This document shows positions 24,082 to 37,609 of a stretch of DNA of 64,000 bases, piece by piece. The stretch spans positions 1,316,960 through 1,380,959 of the forward strand of contig MU059403.1 in NCBI GenBank assembly GCA_013265495.1. The letters run 5' to 3'. Positions within the stretch are counted from its first letter, which is position 1. Every line of letters begins with the position of its first letter. Source of the stretch: Vicugna vicugna. Taxonomy: Eukaryota. The notes below the pieces were generated by a model, which saw only the letters and a list, made by a program, of their open reading frames with translations, had not been told where the DNA came from and ran no database searches. The translations under genes and the position numbers were made by a program.

Positions 24082-24300
24082 CTATACCACAAATTCCTCC
24101 GGGAGGTGGTCCTCCCTGAGCAGGTCCACGGAGAGGCCATCCATGGACCTCCTTCCGCAGAGGAGCTTGGGCGCGGGGTCCAGTGCGTGGCCGAGGGGAC
24201 CGCTGCGCGGCACGCAGCGCGGGGCAGGTGTGGGGCGCACGTCGTCCAGGCTGCGGCTGTGCTGGTCTGCACGGTCGGCCGCCGCCTCCGCCTCCAGGAT
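24082..24300 (-). CDS. FRMD1: FRMD1 last coding exon (ILEAEAAADRADQHSRSLDDVR...DLLREDHLPEEFVV*)
   Basis: ctctccctgcag|ATC acceptor and TAG at 24082-24084. The C-terminal EFVV is typical of FRMD1/FRMD6. Confidence 0.93.
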   Translation of the reverse strand: MLEAEAAADRADQHSRSLDDVRPTPAPRCVPRSGPLGHALDPAPKLLCGRRSMDGLSVDLLREDHLPEEFVV

Positions 24301-25613
24301 CTGCAGGGAGAGGCCAGAGGCGAGTCTGGTACTTGGACGCCTTCCGCTCCCCTCCAGTTCTGCCCCTGTCCTGCCCACAGTTAACACCGCCCTCGTGCCG
24401 GCCCCCTACGCCCGCCGCCCCGGGCCTTTGCACTTGCAGTGCCCCACTGGGCATGCCCACACGGCTTCCACTCGTCCCCTCTGGACTGCCCTGCAGAGTG
24501 GCCCCTTCTGGGGGTTCCCCTGACCTCTGCACCCACCGCGCCCACCCTGCCTGTCCGCATTATAACACCGGTGGCCTCGGCCACTCGGCCTGGCCTCCTC
24601 CTCATGGGCCCTCCCTCTCCTGCGCGCCTGTCCGTCACCGAGGCGATTTCCGCGGGAGGATGCTCAAGTCTCCGTGCGGCAGCCCCCGCCCCCACGGCAG
24701 AGCCCGCTGCCTCTCCCCAGGGGACCTGGGGCCACTCAGTCGGGCCACACGGCCCTGGCTGCTTTCTTTCGCCCTCATTGGACTTGGATTGTTACTATGT
24801 GACAGGTTTTAGGAATGAGCCCTGGGAGTGTCCTCGGAAGTCAGGAACAGCCCACTCCCCGCCCCCTCTCGCGTGAGGGAGCTTGGCCAGAGCCCCAGCT
24901 CAGGGCCGGTGCTGGGGTCCCGACCACGGTGGGGTCCAGCTGAGCCCCCACCACGCTGAACTACGTGAACTCACCCTCACTTCTCAGCCGCGAGGCCCTA
25001 GGGTGGGAGGACCAGGCATCCCACAGGAGGGCGGGGCCAGGCGGGCGGGCCGACAGCCCCCAGCCCCACTGGCACCTGGGGCTTCTCGCCCCCTCCTCCT
25101 GTGTCAGGTCTGTCCCTCCCTTTGAGTCAAATCACACCCTGGAGGATGGCTTGGATCAGGGGTGAGAGAAGGTCCCTCCCTTTGAGTCTAATTCACTGCC
25201 TTTCCAGGGGCACCACCCTCCTACTCCGGCTCCCCAGGTCAGCTCTGAGCAAGGGCGGGAACCTCCAGGCCCGCCTTCCTCTGCCCCACCCGCCAGAACC
25301 ACTGGCTTTGGCCCCTCCCCTGCTCCTGGGGGCCAAGGAGCTCCACCCCAGAGCCCCGCACTCCTGGGGCCTGAGCTGCCCTGGCAGCGCTCACACTGCC
25401 CACCGCCTGGGAGTGTGCAGCCAGGAAAGGCCCCCAACCCCCACTGCGAGCCCAGCTCTCAGGCCCCAAGGCTGATGAGAACCAGCTGCCAACCTGCCTC
25501 ACTGGTGCCCCACTGCCCAGCTGCAGTCGCAGGGGGTCTCCCAGGGACCCCCCTGTGGGCCTGGGGCCCCTGCGGGATGGGCTGGAGCACAGGGAGCAGG
25601 AGTGAGGACCCAC

Positions 25614-25693
25614 CTGGTGCAAGGCCTCAGTGCTCCGGCCCCTCGTGCTGACCAGCGTGACCCGCACCACCGCCAAGGGCTGCTGGGGAGAGG
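25614..25693 (-). CDS. FRMD1: FRMD1 coding exon (A-SPQQPLAVVRVTLVSTRGRSTEALHQ)
   Basis: tgtcaacag|CC acceptor and CAG|gtgggt donor. 80 nt, phase 1 to 0, the phases needed to join its neighbours. RG.S.EA.HQ matches FRMD1. The acceptor is inferred from phase. Confidence 0.8.
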
Positions 25694-26854
25694 CTGTTGA
25701 CAGGGGGCGGGTGTGTGAGCAGGGCCTGGGGACACCCGCCCACACTCTGCGGAGGACAGCCTACTCCTAGGGACCCAAACTCAGATGAGACTGGGAGCCT
25801 CTGTGGCCCAGGCAGCCCCTCCGCCTGGCCTTAGGGTCCCGGAGAGGTGGGACCACGACCTCGGTCCCCCACTTGCAGGCCATCTGCGATCCCAGACACC
25901 GCTGTCACACGTACTCCCCACGCGAGGTGTCTGAGTCCCCTCAAAGGAGCCACAGTTTTCCTGGGTGCACTGTGGGCTCCTCGGCTCAGGTGGCCTCCGC
26001 CTGTCCCAGGACCTCTCTCTGCAGGGTCCCTGTTGGATGCTGGTCCCGCAGTGCTGCTCTGTGGAGACCCAGGCACCGCCCCCCGACCACCCGCTCACAG
26101 GGGCCTGTCCGGCTTTGGCTGTCCAAATGCTCTACGTCTCAGCGACACGGGCACTCCCTGGGCAAACACCACATCACTATCATTGCTCGTGCTGGACTGC
26201 AGACCACGCACTTGGACAAAATCTCCGAGCAGGAGGCCCACCCGTCCTTTACCAGTGGGCCAGACGTTCGGAATCTACAGGTGGACACAGCAGGCTGACA
26301 GAACTGCCTGACACTGCATGACCTTGGGTGGCCCTGGGTGACCAGGCCTCAAGGCTGGTCCCCAGAATCACCCGTTGCGTCCATGCTCAAAGGTGCTGCA
26401 GGTGCTCAGGGAACAGCAGCCCCTGTGACCTTCCTGGGGTGACAAGGAAATCACTTCAGAAGCTCCCCTGAGGACAAGGAGCTTGCACTAAGTCAGAAGG
26501 GCACGCGGGCCTCAAACTCTGAGAAGTGCCTTCTGTCACACGACTTCTACTGACCCCTTGCAAGTAATGAGAGAGAAATGTGGCTGAAGGCTATCCGACG
26601 GCAGGAGCGTTAACGAGGGACACTGGTCAGCCCAGGCTCCCGGCAAGTGACCAGCTGCAGGAGGGCGGAAGGACTGCCACCCACCACGTCTGGCAGGGAG
26701 GGCCCTGTCCTGTCTCTGCCCCCAGGCCCGTGGCTGCCCCACGGTGGAGGGGACCCCTGTGTGACAAGGTCTGAAGAAATCAGGGCCATATGCACCCTGG
26801 CCTCTCTCCCTCTGAGTGATGGCCCACCCAGGGCTGGCCAAGCAGCATGCTCAC

Positions 26855-27250
26855 CGTCTCCTGGGTCCTGAGTGTCCCCTTCAGGCCCACCTCTGCCGCC
26901 ACCAACTGTGCCACGGTGGCTCTGGCTGGCTTGGGAACTGCAGGACGGCCCCTCCCCGCGGGGCGCCGGGGCCCTGATGGGCTCATCCACTGACATCTCC
27001 CTCAGCCCCGTGGGCCCCCCCGGCTGGGGGTCCACCTCGATGTCCGATGAGTGGGAGCTGCAGTGGCTGTCGGCCGAGAGGAGGGGGAGCTGATGGGAGG
27101 GATGCTGGCTACCACCCACTCTGTCCCCACAGCTGGGGGCGCTGGGGGAGCCAGGGGTGCCGGGGGCAGCCCTGCCGGCCAGGCCCAGGTCCAGCTCCTG
27201 CTCCAGCTCCAGCTCGTCGCTGACGTAGGACTCCCGGTAGCACTTCTTTT
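26855..27250 (-). CDS. FRMD1: FRMD1 coding exon (E-KKCYRESYVSDELELEQELDL...EMSVDEP...DTQDPGD)
   Basis: cggcacag|AA acceptor and GACG|gtgagc donor. 396 nt open, phase 1 to 1. Contains the YRESY.SD and EMSVD motifs of FRMD1/FRMD6. Confidence 0.92.
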
Positions 27251-27718
27251 CTGTGCCGGGAAAGGAGGGGCAGCGAGGGCGTGAGAACAGGTGCTGGAGG
27301 TGGAGGAAGGTGCAGCCACGTTCCTGGAGCCGCCAGTGGCCAAGGGTGGCACCGGGGTCCAGCCAACCACCATGTGCGGAGCTGGCGCCAAGCTCCCGGA
27401 GATGAGGTGGGAGGGGAGGGCAGTGTGGTCCAGAGGTCAGCTATTGCCTGGGCCCCGGGGTGGCATCTGTCACTTGAGCCAGTAACCTCCTCATGCAGGC
27501 TCCTGCACCCACCGCCCTGGGGCTGTCACGCCGCCTCCATCTGAGGGACCCCAAGCAGCCCCGGACACAAGTAGGCGTGCACGCACATGTGCAGTATGCG
27601 CGCACAGCCGGGGCTTCCCAGAACCACCGGGGGTTACTGCAGCCCTAGCCCAGGCCCTCCTCTCCACACCTGGAGAATTCTTCCCCAGAACCCCCAATAC
27701 CCTGGCCCCCCATGTTTA

Positions 27719-28078
<360 letters not shown>

Positions 28079-28299
28079 TTACAGGAAAACCACATGACAG
28101 CAGGAGACAAGTGTTCTAAACACCAGCCAAGCCCTCTGAGGGGCAGTTCCAGGGGCAGGACCGGCTCCCCGCCCGGACGCCCCCAGGCTTGCCTGCACCT
28201 TGTGGATGATGACCTGCTGGTCAGTGCCCTGGAGGAGAAGGCTCTCCTGGGCTCCTGGGGGCTGAGACCGCCCCCACCTCAACCCCATCAGACACGCAC

Positions 28300-28368
28300 C
28301 AGAAACGCCAGCTTCCCAACACGGGACCAGGGGAAGTCGTAGAGCAGCTGTGGAGCGTGGTGCACCTC
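28300..28368 (-). CDS. FRMD1: FRMD1 69-nt coding exon (EVHHAPQLLYDFPWSRVGKLAFL)
   Basis: gtcccgcag|GAG acceptor and CTG|gtgcgt donor, phase 0 to 0. QLLYDFPW..VGKL matches the FRMD6-family FERM-C sequence. Confidence 0.9.
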
Positions 28369-28496
28369 CTGCGGGACAGCAGAAGCGGCCGTGTCCTCGG
28401 GGTCAGCCCTTTGGGAGAGGGGAGGGGACAAGGGGGGCACACAGGGGGAGGAGGAGGAAGGGGAAGGGGAATGGAGATGGGGCCCTGGCGGGTCAC

Positions 28497-29935
<1,439 letters not shown>

Positions 29936-30528
29936 GCCCATAGCACAGGGTGGCCACTCCCTCACTCCAACCTGCCCTCCATGCTCTCTCCTCCGTGACT
30001 TTTCCAGAACCTTCCACACCATCGCACATGCCCCTTCTTGCCCATCTCTCTGCCCGGGAAGGCTCGGTGGGGCCCCAGCCTACTGCACCCGCTCAGGGAT
30101 CCTGGGACTGGCCCTGCTCACCAGCCCCTGGTCTGGGAGGGACTCGGTTCCTGGGTTGTCTGGGGAGTCTGTGTGTCCTGCACGCTCTGGTGTGGTTCCC
30201 TCAAGAAGGTAGCCCGTCAGGTGTGCCCGCCCAGGTCACCTGTCCCCCCGAGGTGGGACGGCAGCCGCCGTGCAGCGAGAGCAAGAAAACCCCGGCCAGG
30301 AGGAGGACAGAGACCCTGAGGCCCTCCCAGCTCACGCCCAGGGAAGCCCCGCCCTGGAAAACAAAAACACCCGTGTTGGAAAAAGTCCTGCCTTTCTACC
30401 ACGGCCTCTTTATGTTTTTTAATGAAAAAGAACGACTGTCCCCACCCGGCCGAGCACCTGTGACACCACATCCCTGCAGGTTGTCCCCGCCCGGGAACCT
30501 GCTTGGGTCAGAACCAGCCCACGGTTAC

Positions 30529-30605
30529 CTGATGACCCTTCCGTCCTCCACGTAGTACTGCACCCTGAGGAAGGCCACAAAGGGGGCGTCGGCCCTGCCG
30601 CCTTC
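30529..30605 (-). CDS. FRMD1: FRMD1 coding exon (EGGRADAPFVAFLRVQYYVEDGRVI)
   Basis: cccctcccag|GAA acceptor and CAG|gtaacc donor. 77 nt, phase 0 to 2. Confidence 0.94.
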
Positions 30606-30700
30606 CTGGGAGGGGGTGTGGGGAGATGGCTGCCCTGAGGCCTCAGGGGAGGGCAGGCCGCCACCTCCGCCCCCAAGACCCAGCCCGAGCCTTAAGCTCA

Positions 30701-31132
<432 letters not shown>

Positions 31133-31735
31133 CTAGATGTTGGACCGAGACGCTGAACTGGGACCGAGGCTGCTACACGCTGCAGACACAGCCTCGGAGG
31201 GCGGGGGCAGCGCGGCAAGACACGTCCAGGGGTCTCCCCTCAACCAGCGGCCCCTCTCCCAGCTGTGGAACGAGTCCTTTGAAGACAGAAGTGCCTTAAA
31301 CCTGGAACCAAATACGGCGACTTCAAGTCAACAATCAGGTGAACGAGCCACATCGGGAGGGGGTCACTGGACATGCTTCTTTCTAAATTCTGTGCTCTGT
31401 GTTTTTGGAATATTATGACCATGTGTTTCCTTTCCGAGCTGGAAAAGAATGAGATTGTCCTAGTGAGGAGCCTGAAGCCAAAGCCATCCCTCCGGTTACT
31501 CTGGGAACCAGGCGACCCGCAGGCCCTCGACAGCAGGCACAGACAGGGCAGGGCCGGGGACCCGCTAGTGCTGGCCATGTAGGGGGGGCGAGGCACAGGG
31601 CTGCCCACGCCACCCAGCAGCCCCGGCCTCGGGAGGTGTCTCCGGGTCACCAGCCCCCCCCGGGTCCTGACAGGCAGCGAGGCAGGAGGGAGGTTTCTGT
31701 CTCCCCATTCTCACCAGGACAGGACGTTGCTCCTG

Positions 31736-31806
31736 CTGTGTGAACTGTCCCCCCAGATTCACATGTTGGAGCCTCAACCCCAGGACCTTAGAACGTGACT
31801 GTGTTT
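31736..31806 (+). mobile_element. MaLR (MLT1-type) LTR 5' fragment
   Basis: tgaactgtccccc agattcacatgttggagcctcaaccccaggaccttagaacgtgactgtgtttg matches an MLT1 5' end. Confidence 0.6.
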
Positions 31807-31842
31807 GTGATGGCCGCCCCACGGCCGTCACATTGTGAGAGA

Positions 31843-31863
31843 CTCTCTCTCTCTCTCTCTCTC
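31843..31863. repeat. (CT)n microsatellite
   Basis: ctctctctctctctctctctc, about 10 units. Confidence 0.85.
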
Positions 31864-33082
31864 GACTTCAGCACAGACACCCCCTCAAACACACACACCC
31901 TGCTGTTCATGCCTGTCTGTGATGACAACAACTTTGGTTCCATGAGGCAGGAACACGTCTAGAACAAGATGACAGATGTGTGACACAGACACACTTCCTT
32001 CTCCCCAAATAAATCAAGCATCTGAGAAACACTCTTTTCCTGACTTGTCGTCTGTGAGGACCCGGACACGGAGCCCGGCGTCCAACGGCTGAGAGGGTGG
32101 TTCTGGACAAAAAAGAATCAAACTGGGGCAAAGCTACCCGTAACTCAGCTCTCCCTGCACAGTGGGGAGAGTCCGCTAATACGAAAATTTGGTGGCACAA
32201 CCGAGAAAAACAGCAGAAAAGGGGGTTGTCCTGAGCTCCATCCCCTCCCCTGGGGCCAGCCTGGGCGTCTGACACAGGACACCCCAAATCCACCCCGGGG
32301 GAGCCTGGCTGAGTCTAAATGCAGGAATGCCCATCAGGACTCCACCTTCCCAACCCTAACCCGCCTGGTCCTTCCTCGCGGCCCGGCTTGCTTTCCCCTC
32401 TTGAGGGACTCGGTCACCCTGAGATGGAACCTCGGGCTCCAAGGAGAGCCTGGCGAGGATGGGAAACAACCCAGGGACAAGCCCTGCCCCTCATCTCTGT
32501 GCCCGGGGCCCTGACGGGTCAGGCGGCCCGACCACAGACCCTCCTCTGCCGGCCACTCGAGGGAACCAACATGGGGAGAAGAGCTGGGACATTGCACAAG
32601 GGCCACTGTGCAATGCATTGCACAGCTGACTCTCTTGCAGAAAGACTTAAAAATCTGCAGGACAAGCCGCTATGGCAGGGGCCCGGTCTTCAGTGCCCCG
32701 TGTTCCCATCCCTCACTCGTGCCCCGACCTGGACACTGGCAAGCTTGTCCCCCGCCCACTGCGTCTCTCACACACGCAGCCCCTGGGCCACCTGCTCTGT
32801 CCCTGCCCTCATCCCCCCATCCTAGGGTCTGCAGAGGCCTGCTGTGGGGGCCACAGAGGGAGCCTGGGACGGGAAGACAAGGCAGGCTGCCCACACCGGG
32901 ATGCCAGCAAGGCCACTCAGGGGTTTGCACACATCAGACCCACTGGAGGCCCTGTCAGGCCCGTGGCTCTGCAATGGACCCCTGTGGACCAGCGGACCCT
33001 GCCCGGGGTGCCAGCTCCCTGCTCTCTCCAGAAAGAACCAGCGTGAACGACAGTCTGCCCACCCTTGTTCTCCTGAGGAGAC

Positions 33083-33345
33083 TGTGTGAGTGTGCAAGCG
33101 TGTGCGTGTGTGAGGGCCAGGATGTGTGCAAGTGTGTGCATGGGACTGTGTGTATAGGTGTGAGTGCATGAGTGTGCCAGTGATTGTGGGGGTGTGGGAG
33201 TGCATGCACATGAGTGCGTGAATGTGTGTGTGAGTGTGTAAATGTTCATGTTTTGTGCATAAATACTTGTGTGTGAATGAGAGTGTAAGTGCATGTGAGT
33301 ATATAACTGTGGGTATGTGTGAGTGAGCGTGTGTGCACGTGTATG
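33083..33345. repeat. Degenerate (TG)n low-complexity tract
   Basis: About 260 bp of interrupted gtgtgt/gtga units. Confidence 0.85.
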
Positions 33346-33519
33346 CTCAGATGCAGTGAGGAGGAGTCGCCCAGATGGCCGGAGTGCCCGCTGGAACACG
33401 TGGGCACCGAGGGGCACCAGGCCGAGGCCCGGGGTCTCCTTTGGACTCTCCCTGAGACCACCCACTCCTGCCCAGGGAGGAGGCCAGGTCCTGGGGTCGT
33501 CCGGGCTGAGCTTGCTTAC

Positions 33520-33610
33520 TTCTGACCACGCTGAGGCCAAAGAAGTGGGTCCCTCTGATGCTGGTCTTGTCACACACCTGCTGGAAGAGCTCGCGCCCGG
33601 TGGCCTGCAC
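33520..33610 (-). CDS. FRMD1: FRMD1 coding exon (VQATGRELFQQVCDKTSIRGTHFFGLSVVR)
   Basis: cctttcgcag|GTG acceptor and AGAA|gtaagc donor. 91 nt, phase 0 to 1. FERM-N FFGL motif. Confidence 0.95.
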
Positions 33611-36600
33611 CTGCGAAAGGAAAGGGGGTCGGCGCTCAGGGCATGGGCCGGGGTGGCCCCCAGCAGCAGCGGGCGGTCCTCAGAGCGGGAGACCACCGAG
33701 CGCGGCTGGTGCGCTGGGGGGTTCGTTTGGGCTGCTTCCCACCCAGCGGAGGCAGCACTGGGGTCCCTGATGACCTCCCCAGCTGACAGCATGACGTCCC
33801 CCCAGCTCAGTGGGCTGCCCGTGAAAGAACGGGGTGTGAGCGGGTGTGGGGGCCTGGAGGCCATGCTTGACCCTGGGGCTGGAGCCTGCTCCCTCTGCCC
33901 CTGGACTGTGTACTCGGGGCATCCAAGGATGGGGGTGGCGGATGCTCTGTGGCCCCCACCTCGCATCCCACTGGCCTTTTTCCTCACCCTAAGCCAGGCA
34001 ACCCTGAAAGTGGGGCTGGGGCCTGGACACACCTGGAGGGGTGTGTTGTGCGTGGGGAGGCCCATGTCCCCTCCAAGCACCCCCTCTGCCCACAAGTACC
34101 CCTGCTGGGCTTCAGGCCCCAGGCTGAGCCCCCAACCTCATCACCTTCTCCCTTCTCCCGGCTCCCACGCCACCCCCAGGCTTGGGAGCAGGTGTCTGTC
34201 CTCTGTGCACACACAGGGAATGGCTGCCGCCTGGCTCAATGCAATCTATTATCCAATCTATTACCCCTTATCCAAAAATACTTCATTATGCCTAAACACT
34301 GAACAACTTAATAGCAAACACCCCATAAGTGCAAATTTCCAGTTGTCTCCTAATGGTCAGCATTTTTTGTGCTTTGCTGATTTGAATCAGGACTCAGGGA
34401 AGGTCCCGTCCCACGCCCTTTCCCTGCCCGTTGCTTTGCGGGACACACGGATCCTTCATCCCGCAGCCAATGTGTCTCTGGGTGGGTCTGGTGCAGTCCA
34501 CTGTCCTCCAAATTCCCGCGTGTCTGTGTGTGTGAGGCCGGCCGGGGGAGGCTCAGGGTCACTGAACGAAGACCCGTGTACCGCAGGCAGCTGAGGTCCC
34601 TGCACAAAATCGCACGCAGCAGGCGGAGCGCGAGGGCCCATGGCACTGAGCACGCGGCCCCCCGCCTGCTCCCAGTCTCTCGGGACTCCTGTGGCAGGCT
34701 TCCTGCTGAGGGACACATACGCCTGGGGACCGGCGGAGCGCCTGTGGTTTGGGGAAGGCCGGCTGTCCTCTGCGAACCCACAGCATCTCCGGTGGTCCCG
34801 CTTCCCAGCAGTGAGCGCCCGTGACGGCCTTGTGGGCATCCATCTAACTGGGTGAGGGACAGCCCCTCAGCCTCCGTGATGCATACTGGCAGCAAAGGTC
34901 CTCCCAGCCCGCGATTTCTGGACGCCTGGATGTGAGGGCGTGGTAGAGCTATATACGGGGTCCCCCTCACTGCTAGCCCGTGTGCACACGCCCCGAAATG
35001 AGCAGGCTCCGTGGGCCCCATGGCAGCCGAGATCTGTGCCTCAATCCAGGCGGTTCAGCTCTGCTCTGGCTGCACAGCCCTTCAGGAAAGCCTTACCCTG
35101 AATTTCACTGAGGAAACAGGCTCACATGGTGGGGAGGGCAAGGCCCCAGGCCCCCCTCCCCGCTCCTTCCCCCCAGCCTCTTACTGTGCCTTCCCCGTGG
35201 CTGGAGGCACCTCTAAGGATGCAGGGAATTCCCGGAAAACCCACCAATGAGCTCCAGCATCTTGTCCTCAGATGGGGACATTGACTCAAATACAGACACG
35301 TGTCCCTGAGCAGAGCAGAGGCTCCCAGGACTTGGACCAAGACCTTCCCAGGAGCCAAGCTGCATTCAGATCCGAGAAGCAGCAGCAGATCAGCCCTGCA
35401 GGGACCACTCCCACCTAAGTGCTGCATTCCCACAAACCACAGTTCTCCCCAAAGAAAATGCGCCGTCGGGGCCAGCCACCTTCCTCGGAGCTTTCCTGTG
35501 TGATGGGCAGAGGAGGTGAGAGCGGGAGGGAAGGAGAGACGGGGAGAGCCCAGCTTCCCCGGACTGAGCCGGAGGCAGCCTGCTGACAGCTGGACACGGG
35601 ACACAGGTGTTTCCACTTGGAAGTCAGCCGCCCGAGCCCTCTTGTCCCCGTGTTTCCAGGAAGGAGATGCAGAAATATGACGTGGTTCTCACGGTCAGCA
35701 ACACCCATCAGGAACTCTCCCTTCGGGGGCCAAATGAGAGGCCCGAGCCCTCCCTGGCCCTCCTCCAGCGCAGAGCCTGGGCTCCAGAGTGGGCGCCCCG
35801 CCGTCCGCGCTGCCCCGGCTCCCCTGCGGGAGCGGCGCAGCGACACCTGCCGTGGGAGCACAGATGGGCCCGGGACCCGGCGGTCATCGCCCAGAGCCCC
35901 GACTCGGCCCCGAGCACTGGCCCAGCCCGGGGCCTGGTTCGCAGCTGTGAGGTCAGACTGACGGGAAGGGGCTCGCCGGCCGCCGTGGAGAGGGTCAGGG
36001 AGGCAGGGCACGTGGGACGCGGCAGAGCGCCCGGCACGTGGGCCTCTAGCTGGTGCGGGGGGCTGCGGGGGCCCTGGCGGTAAGGAGGGGACAGGCTGGA
36101 GGCACGCGCAGCTGGACCGCGGCTCAGAAACGCCCGGAAGAGCCACGGCAATGGCGCACGGGGGCGCCTGGCACCGGAGGGCCTAAGCCACTTCACTTCC
36201 TCTCAGTCCCCCAGCAACAGCGATGACAAGGTCCCAGCTGGCACTGACGCCCCAGGACACCCCAGCTCTCCGAGGGTCAGAGCTGGGGTGCAGGAGGCCC
36301 GGATGTGCAGGGAGTGGCGGGGGTGCTGTCCCCATGCCCTGGCTCACCACACAGTTCCTCCCGCGAGAAGTCCTGTCGGGGAGGTCTTTTGCGCCTCCCA
36401 GGAGTTCCTGTGCAAGGCCACTGCCCAACCTGGTCTCTTATTTCAGTCCCTCCTCCCCCAGGGAAGAAGTCAGGGACTGAGACCTCGTGGGAAAACCCAG
36501 CCAGTCAAGATGCCGAAAGGGGACGTGGAAGAATCAAAGGGGAGCAGGACCCAGGGGCCGCGTCAAAACTTAGCCCAGCTGCACGGGACTGCATGCCTGT

Positions 36601-37210
36601 TTGAATGCTGGGAAGCTTTGGGGCCTGGGGACCCCAATTTCTCCCTTCTAACATCGTCACCTTCATGGGAGACCAGACCTCGGTCTGTGCCTCCCAGCAG
36701 GACCTCACGGTCGCCTGCAGACAAGGTGGGGACCAACCGACTCCTGTCTCCTGGGTCTGAATCTGGTCCCCTAGCCCACTTCAGTGTTTCTTCCAGGTGG
36801 AGGACGCAGCCTCCCTCACATCCGCCCCCAGTCAGGTCCCAGGAGGAGGCTCCAGGAGGGACGGGCCCCTCAGAATGAAATCAACCCACGTGGACGCAGA
36901 CCCTGGGAACTGGGCGCTGCTCAGCCCCAGACAGTGGACGCTGTGGGCGCCAGGCTGTGTTCCGCTTGGGCCAGGTCTCAGCCACGGCTACAGAGCAGGA
37001 GGGACACACAGTGTAAAAGTGACCAGGGCCAGAGTCAGTTTCTCTACCTTCAGGGCAGCTAGTGGTGGCGGAAATTTAACACAATGCTGTCACTCAGAGG
37101 GAAGGGCAGTGAGAACACTGGCCCCACACGGTCTCCACACAGCCCTGCTGTCCCCACCGTCACCCCTGCACACATGGCCTGTCCCCACCTCCGCTCTCTG
37201 GCATGCTCAC

Positions 37211-37279
37211 CCGCACGACCAGCCGCAGCCGCTCCCGTGTGGGCAGCACCACCAGGACATCCCTGTGCTCCGCCGTCAT
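37211..37279 (-). CDS. FRMD1: FRMD1 first coding segment (MTAEHRDVLVVLPTRERLRLVVR); start codon uncertain
   Basis: CGG|gtgagc donor, and the peptide matches the start of the FRMD1 FERM domain. In-frame upstream ATGs lie at 37399, 37423 and 37444, and an acceptor-like site (ttctctcccgcag) at 37347, so the 5' boundary is unresolved. Confidence 0.85.
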
Positions 37280-37551
37280 CTCCCGTCCCGGGGTCGCTCC
37301 CGCTGGCTGCACGCAGGATCTCAGGAGCAGGATCCCCTCGTCGCCTCCTGCGGGAGAGAACTCACTGGGGACCGAGCCTGGGCAGCCAACAGCCTGCATG
37401 CCACTGGAGGGACAGGTGCACATGTCACCACCCTCTTCTGCCATCCATCCACAGGTGGGACGCTGTACCCCCAAATTCACCCAGCTGTGGGCTTCCCGGG
37501 GACGGGCGCTGGCTGAGCTCCTGGCTGGGAAACCCGGCGGCGGTGCCCGGA

Positions 37552-37609
37552 CAAGGTCCAGAGTCATAAAGAGCGGGCCGTGTGCAGGTGGCTGGAATGC
37601 AAATAAACA
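37552..37609. promoter_or_regulatory. Candidate FRMD1 proximal promoter motif cluster (HNF4-like, CDX/HOX, octamer/forkhead)
   Basis: CAAGGTCCA at 37552-37560, GTCATAAA at 37563-37570, ATGCAAAT at 37597-37604 and AAATAAACA at 37601-37609, all 270-330 bp upstream of the ATG at 37279. Confidence 0.4.

Noticed and set aside
32917-34594. Long overlapping ORFs (392 aa on -, 423 aa on +)
   Set aside because: No recognisable domain. They run through a TG repeat and across FRMD1 exon 2 out of frame or antisense. Such ORFs are expected by chance at this GC content.
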